Shown here: in pieces, positions 19,629-29,801 of the stretch
How the letters are laid out: every line of letters begins with the position of its first letter
Position numbering within the stretch: the stretch's first letter is position 1
Assembly (NCBI GenBank): GCA_049975425.1
Contig: JBNGDI010000007.1
Span: 10,431-74,430, forward strand
Source of the DNA: Bacteroidales bacterium
GTDB lineage: Bacteria > Bacteroidota > Bacteroidia > Bacteroidales > VadinHA17
Length of the DNA: 64,000 bases
Reading direction: 5' to 3'
The notes under the pieces: model-generated
What the model was told of the DNA's origin: nothing
The model's input: only the letters and a program-made list of their open reading frames with translations
Database searches by the model: none
Position numbers and translations under genes: made by a program

Positions 19629-20549
19629 ATGATCAGACACCTGGTCCAGAAAGAAATTAATCCCGCCAGATGGGATAAAGTAATCGCACGGTCCCTGAAT
19701 GCCAACATTTTTGGTTATTCATGGGTGCTCAACCGCCTGTTTGACCGATGGGACGCCCTGGTAAACAACGACTATGACATGGTCATGCCTCTTCCCTCGG
19801 GTAAACAATGGGGAATGCGGTGGTTGTCCAACCCGGTACCGGGAGTATCTCTGGGCGTTTATTCGCGTCAACCGCCTCCGGAAAAAATCATTCTTGAGTT
19901 TCTTCAGCCTGTTATTAAAGAATTCCATTTTATTTACTATCCCCTGCACAAATATACCCCTGTCCCGGTCAATAAAAAGTACCTGGATACCTATGCCACC
20001 ACGAGTCTTGACCTGATACGGCCATACCATCAATTGAAGCGTTCTTTTCACCGGGAAGTAAAGGATCTTGTTACCGGTAAATCTTATGCGACAGGTACCC
20101 GGCTGGTGCAACCCAACGATCTTATCACTATGTGGGAAGATCACGGAAACGACGGATCAACAGCCGGAAAAACCATCAACCTCCGTAATGCGAGGTTACT
20201 GGCAGCTCATGCCGTCAGGTACCGCTACGGGAATCTGTGGGGAATGTATTCTGAAGCAAATAACCTGTCTGCTGTTTGCCTGTTCATTTCAGGTCATCAG
20301 AAAACCCATCTCATGTACCCGCTGGAAACACCGGAAGGAAAAGAGGAGAAAGCGTTATGCCGCTTGATCAACCGGTATCTGGTGGAGCATTCGGGAAGAA
20401 ATCTGGTTATCGAAACCTGCAATCAATGGTTTAATAACGAGGAAAACCCCCTGTTGTTTTTTGGAGGAACGACGTTCAATGGCCCGGTCTTATCCCGCAA
20501 TCGCCTCCCTTTGATCTTCCCCTTCCTCAGCAGACATTCTCAGCCCTGA
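19629..20549 (+). CDS. Conserved hypothetical protein (possibly a FemAB/GNAT-like fold)
   Basis: The ORF track starts at a TTG (19611) overlapping the radC stop. The first ATG is at 19629. The INPARWDKVI motif recalls uncharacterised Bacteroidota acyltransferase-fold proteins, but this assignment is weak. Confidence 0.5.
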   Translation: MIRHLVQKEINPARWDKVIARSLNANIFGYSWVLNRLFDRWDALVNNDYDMVMPLPSGKQWGMRWLSNPVPGVSLGVYSRQPPPEKIILEFLQPVIKEFHFIYYPLHKYTPVPVNKKYLDTYATTSLDLIRPYHQLKRSFHREVKDLVTGKSYATGTRLVQPNDLITMWEDHGNDGSTAGKTINLRNARLLAAHAVRYRYGNLWGMYSEANNLSAVCLFISGHQKTHLMYPLETPEGKEEKALCRLINRYLVEHSGRNLVIETCNQWFNNEENPLLFFGGTTFNGPVLSRNRLPLIFPFLSRHSQP

Positions 20550-21037
20550 TCCTGTTCCCATGGAATCACTTCGGAATGGTCAGGACATCGGTCCAGCAGG
20601 GCTACCACATTCATGCCAAGAAGAGGATGCTTCCAGCCAGGAGCAATTTCCGCCAGCGGAGTCAGTGCAAATCTTCGTTCTTCAAGTCGGGGATGAGGAA
20701 TCGTAATACCGGGTTCATTGATAATGAGGTCATCATAGAAAAGAATATCAATATCTATTATCCGGTCGGCATAACCTGTTGTTTTTCTCAGGCGACCCAA
20801 TTCCTTTTCTGTTTCAAGGCAACGGAAGAGTACTTCATGCGGGGATAGTACGGTATCAAACAACAGGGCACGGTTAAGAAAATCATTCCTGCTTGCAAAG
20901 CCCCACGGCGGAGACCGGTAATACCCTGAAGCAGCCAGTTTTTTGCCTATGGTACGGCAAAGCAGATCTTCCGCCATTTCCATCTGTGCGCAGCGGTCAC
21001 CCAGATTACTTCCCAGTAACAGACATACAACTGACAT
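20540..21037 (-). CDS. folK: 2-amino-4-hydroxy-6-hydroxymethyldihydropteridine diphosphokinase
   Basis: LLLGSNLGDR, IIDIDILFYDD and IPHPRLEERRFALTPLAEI. The start is set at MSVVCLL (21037) rather than the ORF-track 21106. Confidence 0.9.
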   Translation of the reverse strand: MSVVCLLLGSNLGDRCAQMEMAEDLLCRTIGKKLAASGYYRSPPWGFASRNDFLNRALLFDTVLSPHEVLFRCLETEKELGRLRKTTGYADRIIDIDILFYDDLIINEPGITIPHPRLEERRFALTPLAEIAPGWKHPLLGMNVVALLDRCPDHSEVIPWEQDQG

Positions 21038-21181
21038 AGAAACGGATTCTATTACAATATCAAATGAACATATTTTGAAAACAAAAACAAACAACCAATT
21101 TTGCATTTGCTTATCTTTATGCTTTATTGCTTATCCAATTCGAACCAGATCATGTGAAATCAACCAAAAAAATCATTTCCC

Positions 21182-22951
21182 ATGAAAGAATTTCTGAAAT
21201 ACACCCTGGCAGCCATTCTGGGCTTTTTTGTCTCCTGTGTAATCATTTTCTTCCTATCACTCATTTTGTTCGGTGCTATGTTGTCAGCAGGTCAAAAGCC
21301 TGCCGTGATCAGAAAAAACTCTGTCCTGAAACTGGACCTGACACAGAGTATACCCGACCGTACCAGCAACAATCCATTTGAGAACTTTGATCCTTTTACC
21401 TTTGAGCTTACCACGCCCTCAGGGTTAAACGATATTTTAAATAATATTAAAAAAGCAAAGGATGATGATAACATCAGGGGTATCTATATCGAACTGGGAG
21501 TGTTGAGCCCGGGTTTTGCCACCCTTGAGGAGATCAGAAACGCCCTGATTGATTTCAGGGAATCTGGAAAATTCATCATCAGTTATTCTGACGAACTTAT
21601 TTCTCATGCCGCCTATTACCTGGCAACTGTATCCGACAAAATCTACCTCAGTCCAATTACCGAATTTCAGTTTTACGGCTTGCGTTCTGAGATCATGTTC
21701 TACAAGAATGCTTTGGAAAAACTGGGAGTTGAAGTGCAGGTAATCCGACATGGAAAATTCAAAAGCGCTGTAGAACCATTCATTCAGGATAAGATGAGTG
21801 ATGCCAACAGAGAACAGATTCTGACCTATATGGGAACCATCTGGGAATATCTTCTGAAGGGTATTGAGGAAGAACGAAAGATTCCTGTAGATACCTTGAA
21901 CCGGATTGCTGATAATCTTGAGATCCAGAATGCCGATGATGCCCTGAGGCTGGGTTTTATTGACGGATTGAAATACGAAGACGAAATGCTTGATGAGCTT
22001 CTAAGCCTATCTGATCTCAAGGAAACACAATCGGTAAGGTTTGTAAATATGTCAAAATACACCGGAGTAGAAGTTGAAAAAGAAAAGCCTGTGGATAACA
22101 AAATAGCGGTAGTGTATGCCCTGGGGGATATCGGCATGGATCTTACCGGAGGAGCCACCGGCATGAAGCCAGGCCAAATTGCAAAAGCCATTCGTGAAGC
22201 CAGAGCCGACAGTTCTGTTAAGGCCATCGTACTGAGGGTAAATTCTCCCGGAGGGAGTGTGATCGGCTCAGAAGCCATCTGGAGAGAAGTGAAGGTGTCA
22301 TCGGATGTTAAGCCGGTTGTGGCCAGTATGGGCAATGTAGCTGCATCGGGAGGTTATTATATCCTGGCTCCGGCAACCCGGGTACTGGCCAATCCGGTTA
22401 CCATTACAGGCTCCATAGGCGTTTTCGGAATAATTCCCAATGCCCAGGAATTGCTCACACGCAAGATCGGTGTCACATTTGATGTAGCCAAAACGAATGA
22501 ACACTCCGATTTTGCTTCTCTGTACCGACCACTAAAACCCACTGAACGCGAATATTTGCAGGCAGGCATTGAAGAAAATTATGAAGAGTTTGTTCAGTAT
22601 GTAGCCGACGGAAGAAATATAGAAGTGGAAAAAGTAAAAGAAATTGCAGAAGGAAGGGTATGGAGCGGAATAAATGCCATGGACATCCACCTGATCGACG
22701 GATTCGGAGGATTGAACGAAGCCATAAATCTGGCAGCCGAACTGGCCGGCATTGAAGACTGGGATATCAAAGAACTTCCGGCACAGCCCGATCCCATGGA
22801 ACAACTGCTGAAGAGTCTGACCGGCGAGGTCAGCATGCGCCTGGTAAAAAAAGAACTTGGCGATGCGGCCCGTCATTACGTTAACCTGCAGCAAATCCTT
22901 TCCATGGACAGGATTCAGGCGCGCCTTCCCTACTTCATTGAATTATACTGA
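21182..22951 (+). CDS. sppA: Signal peptide peptidase SppA, 67K (double-domain) type
   Basis: 589 aa with an N-terminal TM segment and two ClpP/crotonase-like halves. The motifs VLRVNSPGGS and NVAASGGYY include the Ser nucleophile region. Confidence 0.9.
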   Translation: MKEFLKYTLAAILGFFVSCVIIFFLSLILFGAMLSAGQKPAVIRKNSVLKLDLTQSIPDRTSNNPFENFDPFTFELTTPSGLNDILNNIKKAKDDDNIRGIYIELGVLSPGFATLEEIRNALIDFRESGKFIISYSDELISHAAYYLATVSDKIYLSPITEFQFYGLRSEIMFYKNALEKLGVEVQVIRHGKFKSAVEPFIQDKMSDANREQILTYMGTIWEYLLKGIEEERKIPVDTLNRIADNLEIQNADDALRLGFIDGLKYEDEMLDELLSLSDLKETQSVRFVNMSKYTGVEVEKEKPVDNKIAVVYALGDIGMDLTGGATGMKPGQIAKAIREARADSSVKAIVLRVNSPGGSVIGSEAIWREVKVSSDVKPVVASMGNVAASGGYYILAPATRVLANPVTITGSIGVFGIIPNAQELLTRKIGVTFDVAKTNEHSDFASLYRPLKPTEREYLQAGIEENYEEFVQYVADGRNIEVEKVKEIAEGRVWSGINAMDIHLIDGFGGLNEAINLAAELAGIEDWDIKELPAQPDPMEQLLKSLTGEVSMRLVKKELGDAARHYVNLQQILSMDRIQARLPYFIELY

Positions 22952-22967
22952 TTCCAGTGCAACAGCA

Positions 22968-22993
22968 GAAAGGGGCAGCTGCCCCTTTTTTTT
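22968..22993 (+). terminator. Rho-independent terminator downstream of sppA
   Basis: GC-rich palindrome aaaggggcagctgcccc followed by T8. Confidence 0.75.
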
Positions 22994-23000
22994 ATCTTTG
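22993..23000 (+). promoter_or_regulatory. Candidate -7 box TATCTTTG (TAnnTTTG) immediately upstream of lpxK
   Basis: Exact consensus match ending 6 nt before the lpxK ATG. If used, the mRNA would be nearly leaderless. Motif match only. Confidence 0.3.
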
Positions 23001-23005
23001 CATGT

Positions 23006-24115
23006 ATGAACCGGAAGCTCCCGCATACCTATCGTTTCCTTCTGCCCCTTTCATGGGTGTATGGACTGGTAATCTGGTGCCGTAATTTCCTGTATGATGT
23101 TAACCTGATCAGCTCGAGAACTTATCCGGTTCCGGTCATATCGGTTGGAAACATTACCGTAGGAGGAACCGGAAAAACCCCGCACATTGAATACCTCATC
23201 GGGTTACTCCATGATAAATACCGCCTGGCAGTACTCAGCAGAGGTTACCGGCGGAAAACCAGACGTTTTATGATAGGTCAGGCAGATTCCAGTGTGAGTG
23301 ACATTGGAGATGAAGCCAGGCAGATCAAAAGTAAATTTCCTGAGGTAACAGTAGCTGTTGACAGAAAACGAACCAGGGGTATCGAACGTTTGCTGAAACA
23401 TAATCCGCCTCCCGATGTCATTTTAATGGATGATGCTTTTCAGCACCGCAGGGTCAAACCCGGGCTGAATATGCTGCTGATAGACTGCCAGCGACCCATT
23501 TCCAGGGATTATTTACTTCCTGCCGGACGACTCAGGGAACATGCCATGGAAAAACGGCGGGCCCATACCATTATGGTTACTAAATGCCCGGAAAAAATGA
23601 CCCCCATGGAAAGAAGGATCATGATTAACGATACCCGCCCCTTTCCCTATCAGAAAATCTTCTTCAGCACTTTCCGTTATACCGATCCTGTTCCTGTATT
23701 TCCGGAGGATATTGAATTCCCGGGCAAACAGGTTGTGAAAACAGAAAAATACCAGATACTGCTTGTTACGGGAATTGCCAACAACAGGCCGCTGAAAAAG
23801 TATGTACGTGGATTCCAGTCCAGATTCAAAGAGTTACGGTTCCCCGACCACCATTACTATAACCTTTCCAATGTAAAAAATATCATTGCCAAATTTGAAG
23901 AATTACCGGGAAACAAAAAGATCATTCTTACAACAGAAAAAGATGCCATGCGTCTTAAGGAAAAAAAATTCCCGGAACATATCAGGCAAAACATGTATTA
24001 TGTCCCCGTGGAAGTAGACATCCTTTTTGGAAAATCCAGAACCTTCAACAGTCATATCCTCGACTATGTTAGAAAAAATAAAAGAAACAGCCGCTTATAT
24101 ACAGAGCAAAATTGA
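23006..24115 (+). CDS. lpxK: Tetraacyldisaccharide 4'-kinase
   Basis: P-loop GNITVGGTGKTP and DDAFQHR motifs. 369 aa. Confidence 0.9.
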   Translation: MNRKLPHTYRFLLPLSWVYGLVIWCRNFLYDVNLISSRTYPVPVISVGNITVGGTGKTPHIEYLIGLLHDKYRLAVLSRGYRRKTRRFMIGQADSSVSDIGDEARQIKSKFPEVTVAVDRKRTRGIERLLKHNPPPDVILMDDAFQHRRVKPGLNMLLIDCQRPISRDYLLPAGRLREHAMEKRRAHTIMVTKCPEKMTPMERRIMINDTRPFPYQKIFFSTFRYTDPVPVFPEDIEFPGKQVVKTEKYQILLVTGIANNRPLKKYVRGFQSRFKELRFPDHHYYNLSNVKNIIAKFEELPGNKKIILTTEKDAMRLKEKKFPEHIRQNMYYVPVEVDILFGKSRTFNSHILDYVRKNKRNSRLYTEQN

Positions 24116-24881
24116 TTTCTCCCCGAAGGTTGGAATCATACTGGGAACCGGTCTTGGCGGATTGACCCATGAAATTGAAATACTGCACGAATGGGATTAC
24201 CAGGCCATTCCCAATTTCCCGGTATCGACAGTTGAAGGACACAGGGGAAAGCTGATATTCGGAACCCTGAACGGCACCCGGGTGGTGGCCATGCAGGGCC
24301 GGTTTCATTATTATGAAGGATACAATATGGAACAGGTTACTTTCCCGGTCCGGGTATTGAAATTTCTGGGCATTCAATATCTGTTTCTTTCGAATGCCAG
24401 CGGCGGGGTAAACCCCGATTTTGAAATAGGAGATCTGATGATCCTGACCGATCATATTAACCTGTTACCGAATCCGCTGATAGGTAGACACTTTGAAGAA
24501 TTAGGGCCCCGGTTCCCCGACATGAGCGAAGTGTATGACAAGTCACTCATTACCAGGGCGGAACAAATTGCCTCCCGTCATCACATAGAAGTAAAAAAAG
24601 GCGTATACACGGCCACCAGCGGGCCTACTTATGAAACACCTGCCGAATACCAGTATTTCAGAAGTATCGGTTCAGATACGGTTGGCATGTCCACCACCCC
24701 AGAAACCATTGTGGCGCATCAAATGGGTATTCCGTGCTTCGCTGTTTCCATTATTACCGATCTGGGTGTCCCGGGGAAAATTGAAGTGATCACACACGAA
24801 AACGTACAAAAAATAGCCGCCCTGGCAGAGAAAAAAATGACCCTTCTGATGAAGGAATTGATTGCCAGTCTGGCAGATTAA
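24066..24881 (+). CDS. Purine nucleoside phosphorylase (PNP family, PunA-like)
   Basis: MLEKIKETAAYIQSK...GIILGTGLG, STVEGHRGKL, GRFHYYEGY and VGMSTTPE. The start is set at 24066 (ORF track 24027). It still overlaps the lpxK 3' end by 50 nt. Confidence 0.9.
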   Translation: MLEKIKETAAYIQSKIDFSPKVGIILGTGLGGLTHEIEILHEWDYQAIPNFPVSTVEGHRGKLIFGTLNGTRVVAMQGRFHYYEGYNMEQVTFPVRVLKFLGIQYLFLSNASGGVNPDFEIGDLMILTDHINLLPNPLIGRHFEELGPRFPDMSEVYDKSLITRAEQIASRHHIEVKKGVYTATSGPTYETPAEYQYFRSIGSDTVGMSTTPETIVAHQMGIPCFAVSIITDLGVPGKIEVITHENVQKIAALAEKKMTLLMKELIASLAD

Positions 24882-24894
24882 TTTCACGGGAGCT

Positions 24895-26073
24895 ATGAGG
24901 AAAGGTAAAGATAACAGAAAAAGCGACCACCATGGCATTTATCTGATCTCTGCTGCCCATCTGCTGCATGACACGTACTCAGCCTTTCTTGCTCAGGCCC
25001 TTCCCCTGTTAATGATTAAACTGGGATTTTCCACAACCCTCGGCGGGATGCTATCAGTTGTTCAGAGAATTCCTTCGATGTTTAATTTTCTGGTAGGTAT
25101 TCTGGCCGAAAATGTAAAGGCCCGGTATTTTGTAATTTTTTCGCCTGCTTTGACAGCCATCGCTATGAGCCTGATCGGTGTAGCGCCGGGGTACATTTTC
25201 CTGACCGTCCTGTTATTTGTCAGCGGAGTCAGCTCCACCCTGTTTCATGTTCCAGCTCCTGTCATGATCAAAAAACTATCGGGTAACCGGGTTGGCAGAG
25301 GCATGAGTTTTTTTATGCTGGGCGGGGAACTGGCCAGAACACTTGGCCCCCTGGTTGTTGTTGGGATAGTCAGTATCTGGGGCATTGAAGGCACCTGGCG
25401 GATGATACCACTGGGACTGCTGGCTTCACTGATCCTGTTCCTTAAGCTGAGGCATGTAAGCATCAGCAAGAATATCCCCACCGAGAAGGAAAAAGGATAT
25501 TACTGGAAAATATTCGTCAGGTTCCTGCCGGTTTTTATGGCCATTGCCGGAATTACATTTTTTCAGGCCGGGATGAAATCATCTCTTACCTTTTATCTTC
25601 CTACATTTATCACTCAGAGAACCGGGAATTATGAATTTTCAGGCCTTTCCCTTTCCATTCTTCAATTGGCGGGAGCAGCCGGGACGTTTTATTCAGGCAA
25701 TATATCAGACCGCATTGGCAGAAAAACAGCCCTGTTTATAATTACCCTGGTAACCCCAGTTATGATGTGGATATTCATACATACCAGCGGATGGTTCACA
25801 ATCCCGGTGTTGGTAGTACTGGGGTTTTTCATGATGGCTCCTACCCCGGTTTTTCTGGCTATAATCCATGAACTGAGAACCGAACACCTTTCATTTGTAA
25901 ACGGTGTTTATATGACCATTAATTTTTTTATCAATTCTACCATGGTCTTGCTGATTGGGTATGTATCCGATCAGTTGGGCATGGAAATCACATTTAAGAT
26001 AGCAGCCATATTTGCCGTATTTGCCGTTTTTGCCGCCCTCAGGCTTCCTGGAATCATCAGGAAAAAAAGGTAA
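24895..26073 (+). CDS. MFS transporter
   Basis: About 12 hydrophobic segments and a DRIGRK motif between TM segments. The start is set at MRKGKDN (24895). Confidence 0.8.
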   Translation: MRKGKDNRKSDHHGIYLISAAHLLHDTYSAFLAQALPLLMIKLGFSTTLGGMLSVVQRIPSMFNFLVGILAENVKARYFVIFSPALTAIAMSLIGVAPGYIFLTVLLFVSGVSSTLFHVPAPVMIKKLSGNRVGRGMSFFMLGGELARTLGPLVVVGIVSIWGIEGTWRMIPLGLLASLILFLKLRHVSISKNIPTEKEKGYYWKIFVRFLPVFMAIAGITFFQAGMKSSLTFYLPTFITQRTGNYEFSGLSLSILQLAGAAGTFYSGNISDRIGRKTALFIITLVTPVMMWIFIHTSGWFTIPVLVVLGFFMMAPTPVFLAIIHELRTEHLSFVNGVYMTINFFINSTMVLLIGYVSDQLGMEITFKIAAIFAVFAVFAALRLPGIIRKKR

Positions 26074-26076
26074 AGC

Positions 26077-28716
26077 CTACAGACGGCGTGCCAGGACACA
26101 GGTTTTTTTAAGCTTCTTTACACGACCATTCAGATCAAATACTTCAATATAAAACACATAGATTCCCATACCGGCCTGAGAACCGTTTTCCATCCTTCCA
26201 TCCCATGATATCCCACCCTCCGTACCCATCAAATGGTTCCGTACCAGTCTTCTAACTTCCCGGCCACGGGCATCATAAAGGGTAATACTGGCAACATAAC
26301 CGGGCTCGGGCATATGGTAATACAGGTTGACCACATCATCTATCCCATCGTTATCAGGAGAGAACACTTCCGGTTCAACAACAAATTCTTCCTCCAGAGA
26401 ACTTATTTCACTGAACTGCGAATTCACCATCCCAGGAGTTCCGTATCCAGCTGTTTCGGAAGCTGAATGCCAGTTGGATGCATCGTTCGCGGGTCTGTCA
26501 TAATGCACTCTTTCCAGAGAAACCCCCTCAAACTTTCTTAACAGGGGAAAATGCATATCTTCGGTGTACCTGAATTCATCAATAACCTGCATTTTTTGAT
26601 TCAACAGAACGACTATGCCTTCCGTATCGGGCAAAGAGGGCAGGTTTTCCACACAGACAAAAGCCTTTTGATCATGGTAATAATACCTGCCGATCACGCT
26701 GGACGGGTCTATGGTGAATACCTTATACTCTCCCGGAAAAACCAGTTCTCCCTCAGACACCCTGAAAACCTGGTTAAGTTCCCCGTCGTCCTTGTTTCTG
26801 CTGGCAAGATATGTGGCACCCAGATCATATACCCGGTCTGATCTGTTATATATCTCCACAAAATCGGGTTCGTCAGGAAACGGATTGAAAAGCACTTCAT
26901 TTATTACCATATCTCCGGGCAGTATCATTTCAGGAACAGCAACTCTGGTTCCGGCAAAATTGGCTGCAGGGTTACCGGCACAATCGGTAAGGGAATCCTT
27001 AAATGTCAGTAAATAAATTACTCCCGTTCGCAGGGTATCACGAAAAAACAGTTCAACACGGTCGTATGCAGGGAAATATGCATTGGCAGAAAAAGGAGAG
27101 CCGAACTCATGATCCAACCTGTAATTTGCCGTATCGATAGCCCGTAATGAATCCATCGGCTCAGAAAATTCCACCATGAACTGACTCCCTCCGGTGAATT
27201 TTAAGCGTTTTGCCACAGGCCTTTCCATGTCAGGAAAATTGCCCGCCACTGCATTCTCCCTGCCCGGTGTCCCTCCCGAATAATCTGTACTTGTCATCCA
27301 GTTTCCGCAAGGATCACATGGGTTGGACGGATCTACCCTTTCTAGTGCCCACCCTCCTTGTGTTTTATATGATTCTGAATGCCAGCTCGGATCATACCTT
27401 ACATAAGTAATCAGGCGTCCGTCAGGTGAGCAGAGGAATATTTCTCCTCCTGCATTATTCAGGGCGGGAAAGCCGGGTATCCCGAGCACATTCCCGTACA
27501 CTGCGAATTCACCGGCATAAAACATATCCGCAAGAATAAGATATTGCCCCGGATCCATGGTAACAGACGGCAGTTCAACCCTGGTTGTTCCGGTAGACAA
27601 TATCCAGTTGTAAAGATCCTGTTTGTGCTCACTACGGTTAAATATTTCTATATACTCGGCCTGGGGAAGAAGAACCCGGGGAACAGGATCATACATAATT
27701 TCATTTATTACTACATCCTGAAACGAAGGCTCAAGATATACAAATTCAGCTTGGGCAGGCAGCATCATGTTTCCTGATAAATCCGCTAATCCTTCTATAT
27801 TAAGCAGGTATTCGGCATTCTGCTCAAATACAGAAGAAAAATACAGAAGCAGTTCATGGCCTCGTGCCAGGAAAACGGAATCAGGTGAACCAATTCCATC
27901 AACCATATAATGCCATGGATCAACTGCTTCACCTTCTTCAATATCTTCAGAAAAGATCAGCCGCAGGGTGTTACGGTCAACCACAACCAGGCTATCCAGA
28001 ACAGGTGGCAGGGTATCGGGAATAAACCGACCGGTGATGGAAATGTCATCCATCCATAACTTCATATCCTGGGCTTTGGTATACTTATATCTAATACCAA
28101 AATACCTTCCTGGTTTATCTATTCTGTAAAAACCACTCCCCACATTTTCAACAGAAGAAAAGCTGCCTGCCGAATCAATTCTGACTTGCCAAATTCCACC
28201 CGGAAAATATTCCACCTCCACAGCGGGTGCTGCCTGTATGCCGATACCGGTTTCCCAGTTCACTGAAGTGGCAAGAATTTCCTGATATTTTCCATCATTC
28301 AAATGCCAGAGTTTCAAAAGTTTGTCGGTTCCCTGAACATTTACTCCCAAAACATATCCATTGATTTGATCGGTAGTGCCCATGTATTTTGCCCAGCGGT
28401 TGGCCAGGAGAAAAACTCCCCAGTTGTTATATGACGAAGGACCGTATCCGTGCCGGATACGAAATCGCCACACTGCACCTGAGCTATCGGGAAACAGGGG
28501 GTCTGTAAGTAAGGATATGGCATCGATAGATGCTTCTGAATTGTCATAAGCATGATGAAGGGAAAAATTGCCTGAAACAGGTTCTACGGAAGAAATTTCC
28601 CATCGGTTTGGCAGATAGGATTCCCAGAACACAAGATCCTCCGTCTCAAAATCATAAAACACCTGTGCACCTGCCGGAAGGGAAAAAGAAAAAAATATCC
28701 AGAGGATCTTTCTCAT
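26077..28716 (-). CDS. Secreted multidomain protein with two lamin-tail-domain (LTD) modules and a C-terminal FlgD-Ig/T9SS-like beta-sandwich
   Basis: Signal peptide MRKILWIFFSFSLPAGAQ. Two LTD signatures, VINEIMYDP...EYIEIFN and VINEVLFNP...DFVEIYN. The C-terminus has FSPDNDGIDDV...GIYVFYIEV. Confidence 0.8.
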   Translation of the reverse strand: MRKILWIFFSFSLPAGAQVFYDFETEDLVFWESYLPNRWEISSVEPVSGNFSLHHAYDNSEASIDAISLLTDPLFPDSSGAVWRFRIRHGYGPSSYNNWGVFLLANRWAKYMGTTDQINGYVLGVNVQGTDKLLKLWHLNDGKYQEILATSVNWETGIGIQAAPAVEVEYFPGGIWQVRIDSAGSFSSVENVGSGFYRIDKPGRYFGIRYKYTKAQDMKLWMDDISITGRFIPDTLPPVLDSLVVVDRNTLRLIFSEDIEEGEAVDPWHYMVDGIGSPDSVFLARGHELLLYFSSVFEQNAEYLLNIEGLADLSGNMMLPAQAEFVYLEPSFQDVVINEIMYDPVPRVLLPQAEYIEIFNRSEHKQDLYNWILSTGTTRVELPSVTMDPGQYLILADMFYAGEFAVYGNVLGIPGFPALNNAGGEIFLCSPDGRLITYVRYDPSWHSESYKTQGGWALERVDPSNPCDPCGNWMTSTDYSGGTPGRENAVAGNFPDMERPVAKRLKFTGGSQFMVEFSEPMDSLRAIDTANYRLDHEFGSPFSANAYFPAYDRVELFFRDTLRTGVIYLLTFKDSLTDCAGNPAANFAGTRVAVPEMILPGDMVINEVLFNPFPDEPDFVEIYNRSDRVYDLGATYLASRNKDDGELNQVFRVSEGELVFPGEYKVFTIDPSSVIGRYYYHDQKAFVCVENLPSLPDTEGIVVLLNQKMQVIDEFRYTEDMHFPLLRKFEGVSLERVHYDRPANDASNWHSASETAGYGTPGMVNSQFSEISSLEEEFVVEPEVFSPDNDGIDDVVNLYYHMPEPGYVASITLYDARGREVRRLVRNHLMGTEGGISWDGRMENGSQAGMGIYVFYIEVFDLNGRVKKLKKTCVLARRL

Positions 28717-28796
28717 TTTCCGGAAGGGTATTACTTTTAACTTTCTTGTTGAAAAGGACTGTTATTATATAATTTTCTATCAAGATAATAAAAAAA

Positions 28797-29801
28797 ATGA
28801 AAAATCAACCCATCACACTGGCGGTAATTGGAGCAACCGGCCTGGTTGGACGAAAAATGCTTCAGGTGCTGGAAGAGAGAAATTTCCCGGCAACCCGGGT
28901 AATCCCTGTTGCCTCTGAAAAATCAGCAGGAAAAACCGTTCATTTCAGAGGAAAGGATATCCCGGTAATGAACCTGGAAAACGCTGTTGAGCAGAAACCG
29001 TCACTGGTATTGTTTTCAGCCGGAGGAAGTATTTCACAGGCATGGGCGCCCCGTTTTGCAGAAACAGGCTCTTACGTGGTGGATAATTCCTCGGCATGGC
29101 GTATGGATCCTGATGTCCCGCTTGTTGTTCCGGAAATCAACCCCCATACCATTCATTCAGGGACACGCATCATTGCGAATCCAAATTGTTCCACCATTCA
29201 GATGGTTATGGTACTTGCCCCACTGCACAAAAATTTTGGTATCAAAAGAGTGGTAGTATCGACTTACCAGTCAGTTACCGGGACAGGAAAAAAGGCGGTT
29301 GAACAGCTGGAAAATGAACGCGCGGGTTCAGCAGCGGAGAAAGTATATCCGCACCCCATCGATCTGAATTGCCTGCCACATTGTGATGTATTCCTGGAGA
29401 ACGGATATACCCGCGAAGAAATGAAGATGGTAAATGAAACCAGAAAAATTTTACAGGATGCTTCCATCCAAATAACAGCCACAGCCGTACGCGTTCCGGT
29501 AATGGGAGGACACTCAGAATCGGTAAATGTTGAACTGAAAAAAACCTTCGGGATGGATGAGATCAGAAAACTGCTTGCCGCTACACCCGGTATCAAGGTA
29601 CAAGATGACCCGAAACATTTTCAATATCCGATGCCTCTTACCAGTCATGAACGGGATGATGTATTTGTTGGCAGGCTTCGTAAAGATGAATCATGCGACA
29701 ACGCCTTGAATTTATGGATAGTATCCGACAATCTGCGGAAGGGAGCTGCCACCAATGCCGTTCAGATTTCCGAATATTTGCTGGATCAGGATTTAATATA
29801 A
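28797..29801 (+). CDS. asd: Aspartate-semialdehyde dehydrogenase
   Basis: LAVIGATGLVGRKM NAD-binding motif and the active-site motif IANPNCSTIQM. Confidence 0.95.
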   Translation: MKNQPITLAVIGATGLVGRKMLQVLEERNFPATRVIPVASEKSAGKTVHFRGKDIPVMNLENAVEQKPSLVLFSAGGSISQAWAPRFAETGSYVVDNSSAWRMDPDVPLVVPEINPHTIHSGTRIIANPNCSTIQMVMVLAPLHKNFGIKRVVVSTYQSVTGTGKKAVEQLENERAGSAAEKVYPHPIDLNCLPHCDVFLENGYTREEMKMVNETRKILQDASIQITATAVRVPVMGGHSESVNVELKKTFGMDEIRKLLAATPGIKVQDDPKHFQYPMPLTSHERDDVFVGRLRKDESCDNALNLWIVSDNLRKGAATNAVQISEYLLDQDLI

